IMG/VR virus record: IMGVR_UViG_3300045996_000667 | Location: 27,546 to 91,545 of that record | Strand: one strand, 5' to 3' | Source of the DNA: a virus | Taxonomy: Duplodnaviria > Heunggongvirae > Uroviricota > Caudoviricetes | DNA length: 64,000 nucleotides | Part shown: positions 1 to 9,423 of the stretch, piece by piece | Layout of the letters: the number at the start of each line of letters is the position of its first letter | Numbering within the stretch: the first letter of the stretch is position 1 | The notes under the pieces: generated by a model | Database searches by the model: none | What the model was told of the DNA's origin: nothing | The model's input: the letters and a program-made list of their open reading frames with translations, nothing else | Translations under genes and position numbers: made by a program

Positions 1-1
1 T

Positions 2-94
2 CTTCAACGAATACGACACTGCCGTCGCTGAGCAACGTCGGTTCTTGGCCGACATGACCGACGAGGAGGCCCACCTCAAAGCCCAAGGCATGTA
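2..94 (+). CDS. 3' end of a gene that starts upstream of the window (partial)
   Basis: Open frame from the window edge to TAA at 92-94; TAATATG junction to the next ORF. Confidence 0.4.
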
Positions 95-96
95 AT

Positions 97-294
97 ATGT
101 GCGACCCGAACAGCGACGACTTCCAAACGGTGGTAGCCCTGTCCAAGTCTGTCAAGGATAAGGCGCTATCACGCGCTCTCAGGATTATCGTGCGCGCTCA
201 TGACATACCAGCAGCTATCAAGGATGTCCTGCTGACGGCCGCCGAGAGGATGCTGGACGCCTACGAAGCCACCATCGGACGGAGATATCACTAA
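97..294 (+). CDS. hypothetical protein
   Basis: ORF track; ATGA overlap with the next gene. Confidence 0.5.
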   Translation: MCDPNSDDFQTVVALSKSVKDKALSRALRIIVRAHDIPAAIKDVLLTAAERMLDAYEATIGRRYH

Positions 295-959
295 TGAGCG
301 AGTTAACCCACGAGGACTGGGTTGCCAAGGGCAACGAGCTGGCTGAAGAGTGGACAACCGGTGCCAGGTCCCACGAAGAGATCTTCGAAAGCCTAAGCAG
401 ATGGATAAAAACATGCCCATCTAAGAACCGCTCTTTGAAGGGCATCAATATTCCGCCTGACATGTTCGAATACGTGAGGGCCAAAGGCAGAGAAAAGAGG
501 CTCGAGGAAGAGGCGAAAAAAGAAGAAGATCTTGAGCGAATTGGCTTTGGAGAACGGGAAGAGGGCCAGACACCAGACCAGCGCGCACGACATGTGGCCA
601 AGGCCGCAGCCCTCGTATCTCTCGAAGCCTTGTTTTACGCCAAGGAAATACTGATTAACGAACTTGGCGATGTCGACGGCATGAAATACGCGCGTTCGCT
701 GCTAATGCCATCGATTGGAAACCTTTCGGAAGTCGTGAATCGGCCCGATAGCCTGCAGCGCGGTATTGAAATTGAATACAACGACAGCGGCCTAGTCGTG
801 TACTTCAAGCTGCGCCCAGTCATAGCCCATGAATGGACCCAGAAGTACGGCAGGCAGTACAACGACCGCGACAAGGCCCTCGGTGAAATAGACAAGTTCC
901 TCTACAAAATGACAGACGACGAAGCTTGGGACAGGGTCAACGGCAAGGATGATTACTGA
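294..959 (+). CDS. hypothetical protein (N-terminal EEIFESL motif)
   Basis: 221-aa ORF, tightly coupled to its neighbours. Confidence 0.6.
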   Translation: MSELTHEDWVAKGNELAEEWTTGARSHEEIFESLSRWIKTCPSKNRSLKGINIPPDMFEYVRAKGREKRLEEEAKKEEDLERIGFGEREEGQTPDQRARHVAKAAALVSLEALFYAKEILINELGDVDGMKYARSLLMPSIGNLSEVVNRPDSLQRGIEIEYNDSGLVVYFKLRPVIAHEWTQKYGRQYNDRDKALGEIDKFLYKMTDDEAWDRVNGKDDY

Positions 960-1162
960 TGCCCAACTACAAGGTCATCGTTGACGTCGTGACAACCCGC
1001 TCGGTCTACAAGGTTATCAAGGCTGACAGCCCCGAACAGGCGCTGGAAGAGGCCAAGGACCAGGAGGACGAGTGGCCAGAGTGGGACAACTTATACCAGC
1101 CTGAGACAGAGTGGAAGCTGGACCCAGAACTCTATCAGACTGACGAGGAGGCCGATGACTAA
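959..1162 (+). CDS. small acidic protein
   Basis: 67 aa, very acidic C-terminus (DEEADD); ATGA overlap. Confidence 0.5.
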   Translation: MPNYKVIVDVVTTRSVYKVIKADSPEQALEEAKDQEDEWPEWDNLYQPETEWKLDPELYQTDEEADD

Positions 1163-1277
1163 GATCACCCTGACATGCTCCAAATGTCGGCAGCAATTCA
1201 GGGTTGATATCACTGACACGATCAGCTACGACCCTAAGAAGATGTGCCCCGACTGCAAGCGAGGACATCATGGCTAA
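1155..1277 (+). CDS. small zinc-ribbon protein (CxxC..CxxC)
   Basis: 40-codon ORF 'MTKITLTCSKCRQQF...CPDCKRGHHG'; below the ORF-track cutoff. Confidence 0.35.
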   Translation: MTKITLTCSKCRQQFRVDITDTISYDPKKMCPDCKRGHHG

Positions 1278-1641
1278 GGAAGTCTGGGTCTATCGGAACC
1301 TGCGCCATGGCAGGACTGCTCGGCCGCTCTACTCTGTCATGCAGAATGGCAGGGTTGTCAGGCGTGTCAGGCGCATCCTTCTGACCGGTTGCCGATTCGT
1401 GGTCAGGGAAGGCGGGCGCCTGCGAACCGTTCGCGAAGGCCGGAAGAACGTTCACGCGTTCGTGGTTGGCACACCTGTCAGCAGCGCTTACGGCACTGAC
1501 AGGAACGGCAAGGACCTGCCAGCCAAGATCAGCTACAATCCGTACAAAGCCAGCACCTTCATGTCAGGAGAACATCCCGTCAAAGGCGCGCGAGCCGTGC
1601 TCATCAACGAGCGCGGAGTATCGGCGTGCTATACCGAGTGA
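1270..1641 (+). CDS. hypothetical basic protein
   Basis: In-frame ATG at 1270 within track ORF 1204..1641. Confidence 0.5.
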   Translation: MAKEVWVYRNLRHGRTARPLYSVMQNGRVVRRVRRILLTGCRFVVREGGRLRTVREGRKNVHAFVVGTPVSSAYGTDRNGKDLPAKISYNPYKASTFMSGEHPVKGARAVLINERGVSACYTE

Positions 1642-1654
1642 GGCGATACACATA

Positions 1655-2365
1655 ATGCTTGTGTCTATTGTGGAACGGAGCGGCGACCGCAAGCTCACAC
1701 GCGACAAGAACGTCTCGGCAACCTGGGTGCCCCAACAGTCCTGCCACGAGGACTGCCCTCTCAAGCGGAACGGGTGCTACGCCGAGGTCAACAAGTCCGG
1801 CCTGCACACGCATCGCATGAATGGCAAGGCTCGCAGGCACAAGAGGAGTCTGGCAGACCTGCGAGTGATGCTGGCCAGGCAGGAGGCTGACGGCATCATC
1901 AACAAGCTGACCGGCAAGCGGCAGCTGCGCGTTCACGTCGTGGGCGACTGCGCAACGCCAGAAGCTGCTAAACTGGTAGGCGCGGCCATGGTGGCGCACG
2001 AGGCCAAGCATGGCAAGGCGGCGTGGACGTATACCCACAGCTGGAGACGGATCCTGCCAAAGCACTGGCAGGGCGCGCGAGTGCTGGCAAGCTGTGAGAC
2101 GCCCGATCAGGTCCGGCAGGCGCTGGCTCGAGGCTACGCGGCCGCCCTGATAACGCCCCAGCACCCGTCGAACAAGGTCTATCAGTTTGGCGGGCTGAAC
2201 ATCGTGCCCTGCCCTGCCCAGTTCAAGGGTGGCAGGACTCAGGTGACCTGCGAGGATTGCACATTGTGCAAGTCGCCGGCTATGCTCAGGGAGCGCAACC
2301 TCGTCGTCGGCTTCCAGCCTGACGGCGGCACGAAGAACAAAGTGCTGAAGGTGATCAATGCCTAG
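1655..2365 (+). CDS. hypothetical protein (C-terminal CxxC)
   Basis: In-frame ATG at 1655 within track ORF 1466..2365; contains a palindrome copy at 2257. Confidence 0.55.
   Translation: MLVSIVERSGDRKLTRDKNVSATWVPQQSCHEDCPLKRNGCYAEVNKSGLHTHRMNGKARRHKRSLADLRVMLARQEADGIINKLTGKRQLRVHVVGDCATPEAAKLVGAAMVAHEAKHGKAAWTYTHSWRRILPKHWQGARVLASCETPDQVRQALARGYAAALITPQHPSNKVYQFGGLNIVPCPAQFKGGRTQVTCEDCTLCKSPAMLRERNLVVGFQPDGGTKNKVLKVINA
2257..2271. repeat. palindrome TTGCACATTGTGCAA
   Basis: Perfect 7-1-7 palindrome; encodes CTLCK. Confidence 0.9.
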
Positions 2366-2543
2366 AAAAAAACTCAAGGAGTTCATCATTCCCTGCCGAC
2401 TCACCTACACCGGCGAGGTAATCGTCAAGGGCACAGACGAGGATGATGCCCTTGAGAGATTCGAACGCGGCGAGTTCGAATACGAGGACCGGCAGGAATG
2501 CGTCAACTGGGAAGCCAAGGGCAACGCTCGGCCAAACGAATAG
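2358..2543 (+). CDS. hypothetical protein
   Basis: 61 aa, starts MPRKK. Confidence 0.45.
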   Translation: MPRKKLKEFIIPCRLTYTGEVIVKGTDEDDALERFERGEFEYEDRQECVNWEAKGNARPNE

Positions 2544-2867
2544 ATGCCAAGGAAGAAGAAAATGGCTAAGACATTAGCGGGCGAATTCTTCGGAGAACTG
2601 GCAAAGCTGAACCGGAGGGGTGAGTGGAGTTACCCCTCCAGCGACGGCAAGAGAGAATACACCGCCATCCACCACGGCGACGGCAAGCTGTCCTGCAACT
2701 GCATGGGCTGGACGCGCCAGATCAAGTCGCACTTCGAGAGCTTCTGGCACAACGGCAAGAGTTATACTCTGGCTGGAACGTATCGCTTCTGCACGCACGT
2801 CGCGCAGAGCATCCCGAAGACCGGCGGCAAGGCAGAAATTAGGGGAACAGACCTGTACGTACCATGA
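2544..2867 (+). CDS. SWIM-type zinc-finger small protein (EFFGEL motif near N-terminus)
   Basis: CNCMGW...CTHV is a CxCxnCxH (SWIM) pattern; starts MPRKK. Confidence 0.5.
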   Translation: MPRKKKMAKTLAGEFFGELAKLNRRGEWSYPSSDGKREYTAIHHGDGKLSCNCMGWTRQIKSHFESFWHNGKSYTLAGTYRFCTHVAQSIPKTGGKAEIRGTDLYVP

Positions 2868-3166
2868 CCCTCAAGATCACAGATCGGCACTACCAGTACA
2901 TCGAGTCGGAGGACTTCGAGCGATACATCTCTGAGCGGTGGAACATCCGGTTCAGCGTTGCAAGAGATGAACATGTATCATTTGGGTCCTATCTGGCCTA
3001 CGAGGATGTGCGCGGCAATCTCGACCGCTTCGACCGCGCAGACCTGTCCAACTTCCAGGTTGGCAAGTTGCCAGTCGGAAGCCGATTCACTCACACCCTG
3101 CTAAAGCACGCCATCGTGGATGGCGACTTGCAGCCCGGAAACGTGCTGATCTGCATCACGAAATAG
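2864..3166 (+). CDS. hypothetical protein
   Basis: ORF track. Confidence 0.5.
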   Translation: MTLKITDRHYQYIESEDFERYISERWNIRFSVARDEHVSFGSYLAYEDVRGNLDRFDRADLSNFQVGKLPVGSRFTHTLLKHAIVDGDLQPGNVLICITK

Positions 3167-3224
3167 CGGTTGACATTCCGATCGCGGTAGCGTAGGATTC
3201 CTACACACAAAACAGGAGTATTTT

Positions 3225-4358
3225 GTGGACGAAACACGACTGAAGATTCGCATTCTCGGCATCGCCCTGCAGGCCAACGTTCCCACCGTCATCGAATCCG
3301 ATCCGGGTGAAGCGAAGAGCTCCATCATGGCGGAAGTGTTCAATTCCTACAGGTGGCCGTTCAAGATCGTGAACGGTTCCTACATGGATCCTACCGACGT
3401 CGGAGGCTGGCCCATCAACGACAACGGAGCAATCATCCGCCAGGCTCCGAAGTGGGCTGTGGACTTCTCCGAGAAAACGCTGGGCGAGGAATCCGCTGCC
3501 ATCTTCTTGGAGGAACTGAATCTGGCTCCCAAGGCCGTTCAGAGCGCCTTCATGCGAGTCGTCCATGACCGTGAGGTTGGCGACATGAAACTGGGCGTCA
3601 ACGTCCGTCGTGTCGCGGCCATCAACCCGCCCGAGACGTCGGCCAACGGCTTCCTGTTCGACCCGCCGCTCGCCAATCGGTTCTTCCACCTCAAGTGGAA
3701 GCTGACCGTCGACTTCTGGACTCAGGCCATGATGGCCAACTTCCCGAAGATCGAAGCCCCCAGCCTGCCCGACTTCTGGGAGACGTATGTCCCGCAGTCG
3801 CAGGCAATCATCGCCGGCTTCATCATGCGCAAGAGCAATTTGATGAAGGCCATCCCGTCCGATGAATCACAGCGCAGCGGGCCGTTCCCGACGCCGCGCT
3901 CGTGGACCATGGCTGCTCGGCTCTGGGCTGCCGCCGACTCCATCGGTGCCGGTGAAGACGTTCGCCTCTCCCTTCTCGAGGGATGCGTCGGAACTGGCGC
4001 TGCTCGTGAATACCACACCTACCGCACCAGCATGGACCTGCCGAAGCCCGAGGACATGCTGAAGGACCCGAAGAAGGTCGTCTGGCCGAAGCGTGGTGAC
4101 CAGATCTACGCCGCCCTGTCATCGCTGGTAGGCTACGTGGCAGAGCGTGGCCAGCCTGACATCTGGGTCAAGTCATGGTCCGTCATGAACCACGTGGCCA
4201 AGACCCACCAGGACGTCGTCGTCGCCCTCGCGAAGCCGCTCGCCGCTCGCAGACCGGCAGGCGTGACCAAGCTGCCGGACAACTCCGAGATCGAGCACAT
4301 GTACAACTCGGTCGTTCTCGCATCCCGAGTCAAGGCTGAAAAGGCTGCGAGCAAATAA
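3225..4358 (+). CDS. MoxR/RavA-like AAA+ ATPase
   Basis: GTG start after AGGAG; deviant Walker A 'DPGEAKSS' as in RavA 'GPPGIAKS'; 'FLEELN' Walker B; 'NPPE...ANRF' sensor region. Confidence 0.6.
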   Translation: MDETRLKIRILGIALQANVPTVIESDPGEAKSSIMAEVFNSYRWPFKIVNGSYMDPTDVGGWPINDNGAIIRQAPKWAVDFSEKTLGEESAAIFLEELNLAPKAVQSAFMRVVHDREVGDMKLGVNVRRVAAINPPETSANGFLFDPPLANRFFHLKWKLTVDFWTQAMMANFPKIEAPSLPDFWETYVPQSQAIIAGFIMRKSNLMKAIPSDESQRSGPFPTPRSWTMAARLWAAADSIGAGEDVRLSLLEGCVGTGAAREYHTYRTSMDLPKPEDMLKDPKKVVWPKRGDQIYAALSSLVGYVAERGQPDIWVKSWSVMNHVAKTHQDVVVALAKPLAARRPAGVTKLPDNSEIEHMYNSVVLASRVKAEKAASK

Positions 4359-4361
4359 CAC

Positions 4362-5705
4362 ATGCCTCCGAGTCAGACATCACCGGCAGAACTGCTAGCT
4401 AAATCGACACCTCAGCAGAAGCTGGCAGCAGTCAAGATACTCGCCATGGACAACAGGCCGTACTTCAGTGCGGCCTATCACGCCCTTGTGCCAGTCGAAG
4501 TGGAGGACAAGTTCTTCCCGCAGGGACAGGCCACGATGGCTGTCGACAAGCACTGGCGACTCTACTGGGCACCGGGAATCTTCGACAAGTGGACCATCCC
4601 AGAGGTCGCCGGCGTGCTCTACCACGAGCTGAGCCACCTTCTGGGAGAACACTTCCAGCGGGCGGAAAAGTACGGCGAAGAATTCAACCAGACGGTATGG
4701 ATGGTAGCCACTGACTGCGCTATCAACTCGACCATCCAGTCAGAGATGGACGAACTGGCAAAGTCGGCCGCTACCAAGACAATCGAGGGCCTTCCCAAGG
4801 AAGGCTGCCTTCCCGAGAAGTGCAACCCGCCGCTGCCGAAAGGACAGACGGCCGAGTTCTACTACGAAGAACTGCTAAAGCAGGCCGAGAAGTCGCCCAA
4901 GTTCAAGGCCATCTTGGAGGGCATGGCGGCCAACTCGGACTGCGGTTCCGGCCAGCACGGTCAGCGTTGCGACCATGAACTGGCAACCGGTGCCAATGAT
5001 GACCGGCATGGCGGGCTGTCAGAAGCTGACGTCACGATGGTCAGGCTTCAGGTCGCCCATGACATCAAGGAGCAGGCTGGTAAGAAGGCCGGCAGCGTGC
5101 CGGGAGGCTGGGAACGCTGGGCCGACGACATCATGCAGCCGCAGGTCGATTACATGCGCTGGATTCGCGCAGCTGTCAGCAATGCCTATCAGGGCGTGGC
5201 TGGCAGGATCGACTATTCCTGGACGCGCCGCCATCGTCAGCAGGACGCCTACGGCAGATTCATCATGCCTGGCATGTATGCCCCTGATGTCAACGTTGGC
5301 ATAGTTGTCGACACGTCAGGCTCGATGAGTCAGGACCAGATCAGTCAGTGCGTGGCAGAAATCGGCAAGGCTCTGTCATGCCTTGGCAACAAGGAAGTCG
5401 TGGTCGCCTCCTGCGATTCCGGTGTCCACTCTATTCAGCGCATCACCCACAAGGGCCAGCTCGCACTCAGAGGTGGTGGTGGCACTGACATGGGTGTCGG
5501 CATTGCCAAGCTCGAAGAGGTTCGCCCGAAGATCAACCTGATGATCCTCCTGACAGACTGCGAAACGCCTTGGCCCGCCAAGCCGCCAAAGGCCAAGCTC
5601 GTACTCGTCAAGGTGGAAGGGAGCGGAGCGCCGCCGCCCTGGCCATGCTCGCTCGTGGAAATCGACCTCAAACGGCTCGGAACCAAGCAGAAGCAGGTAG
5701 CGTAA
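4362..5705 (+). CDS. VWA-domain protein with N-terminal HExxH metallopeptidase-like domain (DUF2201-like); partner of the AAA ATPase
   Basis: 'YHELSHLLGEH' HExxH; MIDAS 'VVDTSGSMS'. Confidence 0.65.
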   Translation: MPPSQTSPAELLAKSTPQQKLAAVKILAMDNRPYFSAAYHALVPVEVEDKFFPQGQATMAVDKHWRLYWAPGIFDKWTIPEVAGVLYHELSHLLGEHFQRAEKYGEEFNQTVWMVATDCAINSTIQSEMDELAKSAATKTIEGLPKEGCLPEKCNPPLPKGQTAEFYYEELLKQAEKSPKFKAILEGMAANSDCGSGQHGQRCDHELATGANDDRHGGLSEADVTMVRLQVAHDIKEQAGKKAGSVPGGWERWADDIMQPQVDYMRWIRAAVSNAYQGVAGRIDYSWTRRHRQQDAYGRFIMPGMYAPDVNVGIVVDTSGSMSQDQISQCVAEIGKALSCLGNKEVVVASCDSGVHSIQRITHKGQLALRGGGGTDMGVGIAKLEEVRPKINLMILLTDCETPWPAKPPKAKLVLVKVEGSGAPPPWPCSLVEIDLKRLGTKQKQVA

Positions 5706-5998
5706 TGCCCTGCGTCGGGTGCTACGACCTTGGAGACGTCTGCGCATGCGGATTCTGGGGTGACGACTGCCGTGGCTGTAACGTCGAAAGGCAACCGTGT
5801 TCTACGTGCTGCACTGGCATGTCTGCCCAGACTGTCAACACTCTTGGGCGTGCCGAAACGACTGCGGTGCGCCCAATCCTAGAGTCCGAATCGAAACCGC
5901 CTGCACAAAGTGCAAAACAAGTCCGAAGAATTCTTCGCAGCCCTAATATGCGGCAACTGGCTACGCTGCATCTACTGCAAGACCGTCGAATGGTTTAA
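5705..5998 (+). CDS. Cys-rich small protein
   Basis: ATG at 5705 in frame with track ORF 5570..5998; dense Cys pairs. Confidence 0.4.
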   Translation: MPCVGCYDLGDVCACGFWGDDCRGCNVERQPCSTCCTGMSAQTVNTLGRAETTAVRPILESESKPPAQSAKQVRRILRSPNMRQLATLHLLQDRRMV

Positions 5999-6137
5999 GT
6001 GCGACGAGACGATGTGTAACGACATCGGCCATCAAGTCATCTGCACTAAATGCCAACGCGACAGAGTCATGATTGCCAAGGACAGAGATGAGCGTGTCTG
6101 GCCAACTACCAACAGCTACAACCCACGACGACCTTGA
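5910..6137 (+). CDS. EFFxAL/zinc-ribbon family small protein
   Basis: MQNKSEEFFAAL then CxxC...CxxC. Confidence 0.45.
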   Translation: MQNKSEEFFAALICGNWLRCIYCKTVEWFKCDETMCNDIGHQVICTKCQRDRVMIAKDRDERVWPTTNSYNPRRP

Positions 6138-6423
6138 ATTCTGGGATGCGCTAGCCAACGAGGACCTTGTGTATTTTGAATCGTTCGGGGTATCCGGATT
6201 CACTAGGAGTTTTATAGACGAACCTGCTCCAACCATCAACATGCCAGATGGAAAAAGAAAGGTTCGCAGGGTTTTCGTCAACACGTCCATTACTAAAAGC
6301 ATCTACGTCAACTTTATTGACCGCAAGAACGAGACTATCGCCCACGTTGGCGTGTTCGCAGACAAAACAGCCGCTGTCAACTTTTTCAAAGGCCTAGCAG
6401 AGCATATCGACAAACATTTCTGA
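6073..6423 (+). CDS. hypothetical protein (LEFWDAL motif)
   Basis: ORF track; alternative ATG at 6089. Confidence 0.45.
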   Translation: MPRTEMSVSGQLPTATTHDDLEFWDALANEDLVYFESFGVSGFTRSFIDEPAPTINMPDGKRKVRRVFVNTSITKSIYVNFIDRKNETIAHVGVFADKTAAVNFFKGLAEHIDKHF

Positions 6424-7025
6424 TGAGATTCCTCGTCGCCTGCGAGTTCTCGGGGAAGGTCCGAGACGCCCTGATAGCTCGAGGCCACCAAGCCATCTCG
6501 TGCGACCTCCGACCAACTGACAGACCTGGCCCACACATTCAAGACGATATCAGGAAGGTCAACCTTAGCAAGTTTGACGGCCTGATCGCCTTCCCGCCCT
6601 GCACCAACCTCGCAGTGAGCGGCTCGAAACACTTCAAACACAAGCATCACTTGCAAGAGCAAGACTTGGCCCTCGTCAGGTTCCTGCTCACCGCTGACGT
6701 GCCGCTGATCGCGCTGGAAAATCCTGTCAGCATCATCAGCACGCACATCCGGCGACCTGATCAGATTATCCACCCCTGGCAGTTCGGCCATAAGGCGTGC
6801 AAAACCACGTGTTTATGGTTGAAAGGCCTGCCACCGTTGAAATATACTCGCGTGGTTGGGCCGCCGCCCAAGCGTTGGGAGGACGAACAGGAATGGCGGA
6901 AATGGAACAAGCTCCACCTTCTGGGCCAGACGAAGGACAGGGCAAAGATTCGCAGCACCACGTTCGACGGCGTGGCGCGAGCCATGGCAACACAGTGGAC
7001 ACAGAGGAGTTCTTCGAGTCGCTAG
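6423..7025 (+). CDS. mini C5-cytosine-methyltransferase-like protein (motifs I/IV/VI only, no target-recognition domain)
   Basis: 'ACEFSG', 'DI...FPPCTNLAVSGSK', 'ALENPVS' match MTase motifs I, IV (PCQ->PCT) and VI (ENV); only 200 aa. Confidence 0.5.
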   Translation: MRFLVACEFSGKVRDALIARGHQAISCDLRPTDRPGPHIQDDIRKVNLSKFDGLIAFPPCTNLAVSGSKHFKHKHHLQEQDLALVRFLLTADVPLIALENPVSIISTHIRRPDQIIHPWQFGHKACKTTCLWLKGLPPLKYTRVVGPPPKRWEDEQEWRKWNKLHLLGQTKDRAKIRSTTFDGVARAMATQWTQRSSSSR

Positions 7026-7237
7026 CACCAACTGGTCGACTCTACTGCAATAGATGCCATGAGTTAACAGAACACGCCATGCTAGGTGTTCACAAGTCTA
7101 GACTAGGACCTCTACCTAATTACCAAGCACGATTAGGCAGAGGACAATGGGTACAGGGAAAGTGCATCAAATGCAACTACATTGATTACTGGACAGAGTC
7201 CTCCCTTCAAGAAATGGAAATCGACTACCCACGATGA
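6995..7237 (+). CDS. EFFxAL/zinc-ribbon family small protein
   Basis: GTG-GAC start at 6995; (M)DTEEFFESL...CNRCHE...CIKCN. Confidence 0.5.
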   Translation: MDTEEFFESLAPTGRLYCNRCHELTEHAMLGVHKSRLGPLPNYQARLGRGQWVQGKCIKCNYIDYWTESSLQEMEIDYPR

Positions 7238-7575
7238 AGACAATCCTCGTCAAAAGCAACATCGATCCTGCCTGCCCTCGCCTCTACGTCAGGAATGCTG
7301 TCAAGGAGGATGGCAATGCTGTCATTCTTGACGAGCCTGTCGAGATGGACGAAGGCCCTACCAACGTGGTCAGCATTCACGACTGCTGTCAGTTCAATGC
7401 TGACATGGTGCAAATCATCAACACTCTGCTCGACCAGGCAGAGGAGAAGATTGACATGGCGATCAAGCTGGCAGCCGCCAACCTGCAGCCGCTGGTGCCG
7501 CCGATCAGCCCTGAGGAGGCTGAGAGGATTGCTCAAGATATCATCCTGAGAAAAGAACCAACGGTCTGGCACTAA
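7234..7575 (+). CDS. hypothetical protein
   Basis: ORF track. Confidence 0.5.
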   Translation: MKTILVKSNIDPACPRLYVRNAVKEDGNAVILDEPVEMDEGPTNVVSIHDCCQFNADMVQIINTLLDQAEEKIDMAIKLAAANLQPLVPPISPEEAERIAQDIILRKEPTVWH

Positions 7576-7576
7576 C

Positions 7577-7699
7577 ATGTGGATCTTTATCGACGTTCTG
7601 ATATTCCTCTACATGCTGTTCTGGCCTGAAGGGGCTATCATCTTCGGCGTCGGTTGCCTCATCGTAGTAGGCCTGATAAAGTGGCTGGAGAAGAAATAA
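7577..7699 (+). CDS. small 2-TM membrane protein
   Basis: 40-aa hydrophobic ORF; TAATG coupling to the ligase gene. Confidence 0.35.
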   Translation: MWIFIDVLIFLYMLFWPEGAIIFGVGCLIVVGLIKWLEKK

Positions 7700-8913
7700 T
7701 GCAGACTTGGCCTTTCAAATCTAAGAGCAGCGACAAGGACTACACGACAGTCCTGACAGACGACGGCAAGCTTGGTTGCAACTGCAAGGGCTACACCGTC
7801 CGGCGCGGCGACAGTGTCCGCGAATGCACTCACATGAGGGACGTAATCAAGATACACAAGTTTGACGTGGAGGTGCGAGGCGGCGAGTTCGTCTACGTCA
7901 AGAACCCACAACAGCAGCTTCCCATACTAAGTTCTGAAGGGGTAAAAGTTCAAAATGAAACTGCCCCCTCCAGCGATGTGCCTTTCGGATACATCCAGCC
8001 GATGCTGGCAGAAGCTCTCCTTGATGGGAGTGAACTGAACTACGCCGAATGGCTCGACGCTGTCCGAGTCATGATGGACAAGTATCTGGCTCAAGGATAC
8101 GTCTGCGAGAAGAAGTACGACGGACATCGCAAGATCGTCTACGTAGACAAGAACGGTGTCAGGGCGTGGTCGCGCCCCAAGTCCGGCGCTGGCAAGGTCG
8201 GGTTGCCCAGCCAGCTTCCTTCGCACATCGTTAAGGAACTGCGCCAGCTCGTGACCGGCAGGACCGAAGAACAGAGCGCCTACGGCACCTACGACTGCGA
8301 ACTGGTAGGCGGGTCAGAAACCGACATGTCGTCGGACGTGACTAGGCTCGACAAAGAACATGAGCGCTGTTTGGTCATCTTCGACGTGCTGCACCTGTCC
8401 AACATGAAGGTGCCGAGGTTGCCCTCGGGCAACCAGACCAAGCTGCCCTACAGGTCGCGTCGACAGATACTGACACACCTGTTCAACTTGACAGGAGTCG
8501 GGCTGAAGCATGTCAGGCTATCAGAAGTCATAGACAACGCCACCTTCGATCACGTAAAGAAAATCTGGGACAACGGCGGCGAGGGTGCGATGCTGAAGGA
8601 CCCAGACAGCACATACCAGCCAGGACGACGGTCCACTACGTGGCTCAAGATCAAGAAGCTGGAGCCGGTCCCGTATATCATCACCGGCTACGAGGCTGGC
8701 AAGAACGGACCTTATAGCAAGGTGACGCTCAAGGAGAAGAACAACCCAGCGATCAAGACGTCTGCCAAGACCAAGAACAACGCGTGGTTGAAGCGGTTCG
8801 CGGCTGACCCCGACAAGTATATCGGGGAGGAGCTGGTCTGCATCGTCCGTGGTCGCCATCCCAGCGGAAAGCCTCGCCACTGCATGTGGGATCATCTGGT
8901 AAACTACAACTGA
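7699..8913 (+). CDS. ATP-dependent DNA ligase with N-terminal SWIM zinc finger
   Basis: 'CNCKGY...CTHM' SWIM; ligase motif I 'KYDGHR'; 'PMLAE'. Confidence 0.75.
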   Translation: MQTWPFKSKSSDKDYTTVLTDDGKLGCNCKGYTVRRGDSVRECTHMRDVIKIHKFDVEVRGGEFVYVKNPQQQLPILSSEGVKVQNETAPSSDVPFGYIQPMLAEALLDGSELNYAEWLDAVRVMMDKYLAQGYVCEKKYDGHRKIVYVDKNGVRAWSRPKSGAGKVGLPSQLPSHIVKELRQLVTGRTEEQSAYGTYDCELVGGSETDMSSDVTRLDKEHERCLVIFDVLHLSNMKVPRLPSGNQTKLPYRSRRQILTHLFNLTGVGLKHVRLSEVIDNATFDHVKKIWDNGGEGAMLKDPDSTYQPGRRSTTWLKIKKLEPVPYIITGYEAGKNGPYSKVTLKEKNNPAIKTSAKTKNNAWLKRFAADPDKYIGEELVCIVRGRHPSGKPRHCMWDHLVNYN

Positions 8914-8914
8914 C

Positions 8915-9145
8915 ATGGCGCTACACCGTCCAGAACGTGGCGAGAGCATTCTCTGGAAGCAGTACGGCTTTCGCCATATAGCTAGGTCATCCACTCACAC
9001 ATTCTGCGGCCAGGACTTCGGATGGAGAATCGAACGCTACGAGGAATGGTCTAAGCGCTCGCCACACTACGCAACCAAAATCAAGTACGGTGAAGACACG
9101 CTACACAGACCGCTCTGCGGAAACTGCGCTAAACTGAAAGGCTGA
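8915..9145 (+). CDS. hypothetical Cys-containing protein
   Basis: ORF track. Confidence 0.45.
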   Translation: MALHRPERGESILWKQYGFRHIARSSTHTFCGQDFGWRIERYEEWSKRSPHYATKIKYGEDTLHRPLCGNCAKLKG

Positions 9146-9146
9146 C

Positions 9147-9422
9147 ATGACTGGCAAGGTTCGCACCATCTACGACAATCGCTACGTCGTAATGGCTGAG
9201 CGGCATGACGGCTCGACCATCGCTGACAACAACCTCACGGTGCGAGAGGTGTTCGCCTTGGTTGCGACCAGCATGGCCTACGCCAAGCGCGCGACAATCT
9301 GGGTGGACGACGGGGCACCTGTCACTGAGAGCGGCCCCGTTCAGAACATGGAAGACGCGATCAACTGGAAACAGCCTGACGACATCCTGACCGAGATGTT
9401 CAGAGCTAAGGAGGGACGATAG
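9147..9422 (+). CDS. hypothetical protein
   Basis: ORF track. Confidence 0.5.
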   Translation: MTGKVRTIYDNRYVVMAERHDGSTIADNNLTVREVFALVATSMAYAKRATIWVDDGAPVTESGPVQNMEDAINWKQPDDILTEMFRAKEGR

Positions 9423-9423
9423 C

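Noticed and set aside
1604-2404. Long antisense ORFs in the plus-strand block (e.g. 1604..2404-, 3201..3689-, 19167..19985-, 10814..11347-)
   Set aside because: Typical stop-poor antisense frames of a high-GC genome. They overlap well-supported sense genes with recognisable motifs and have Arg/Gly/Pro-rich compositions.
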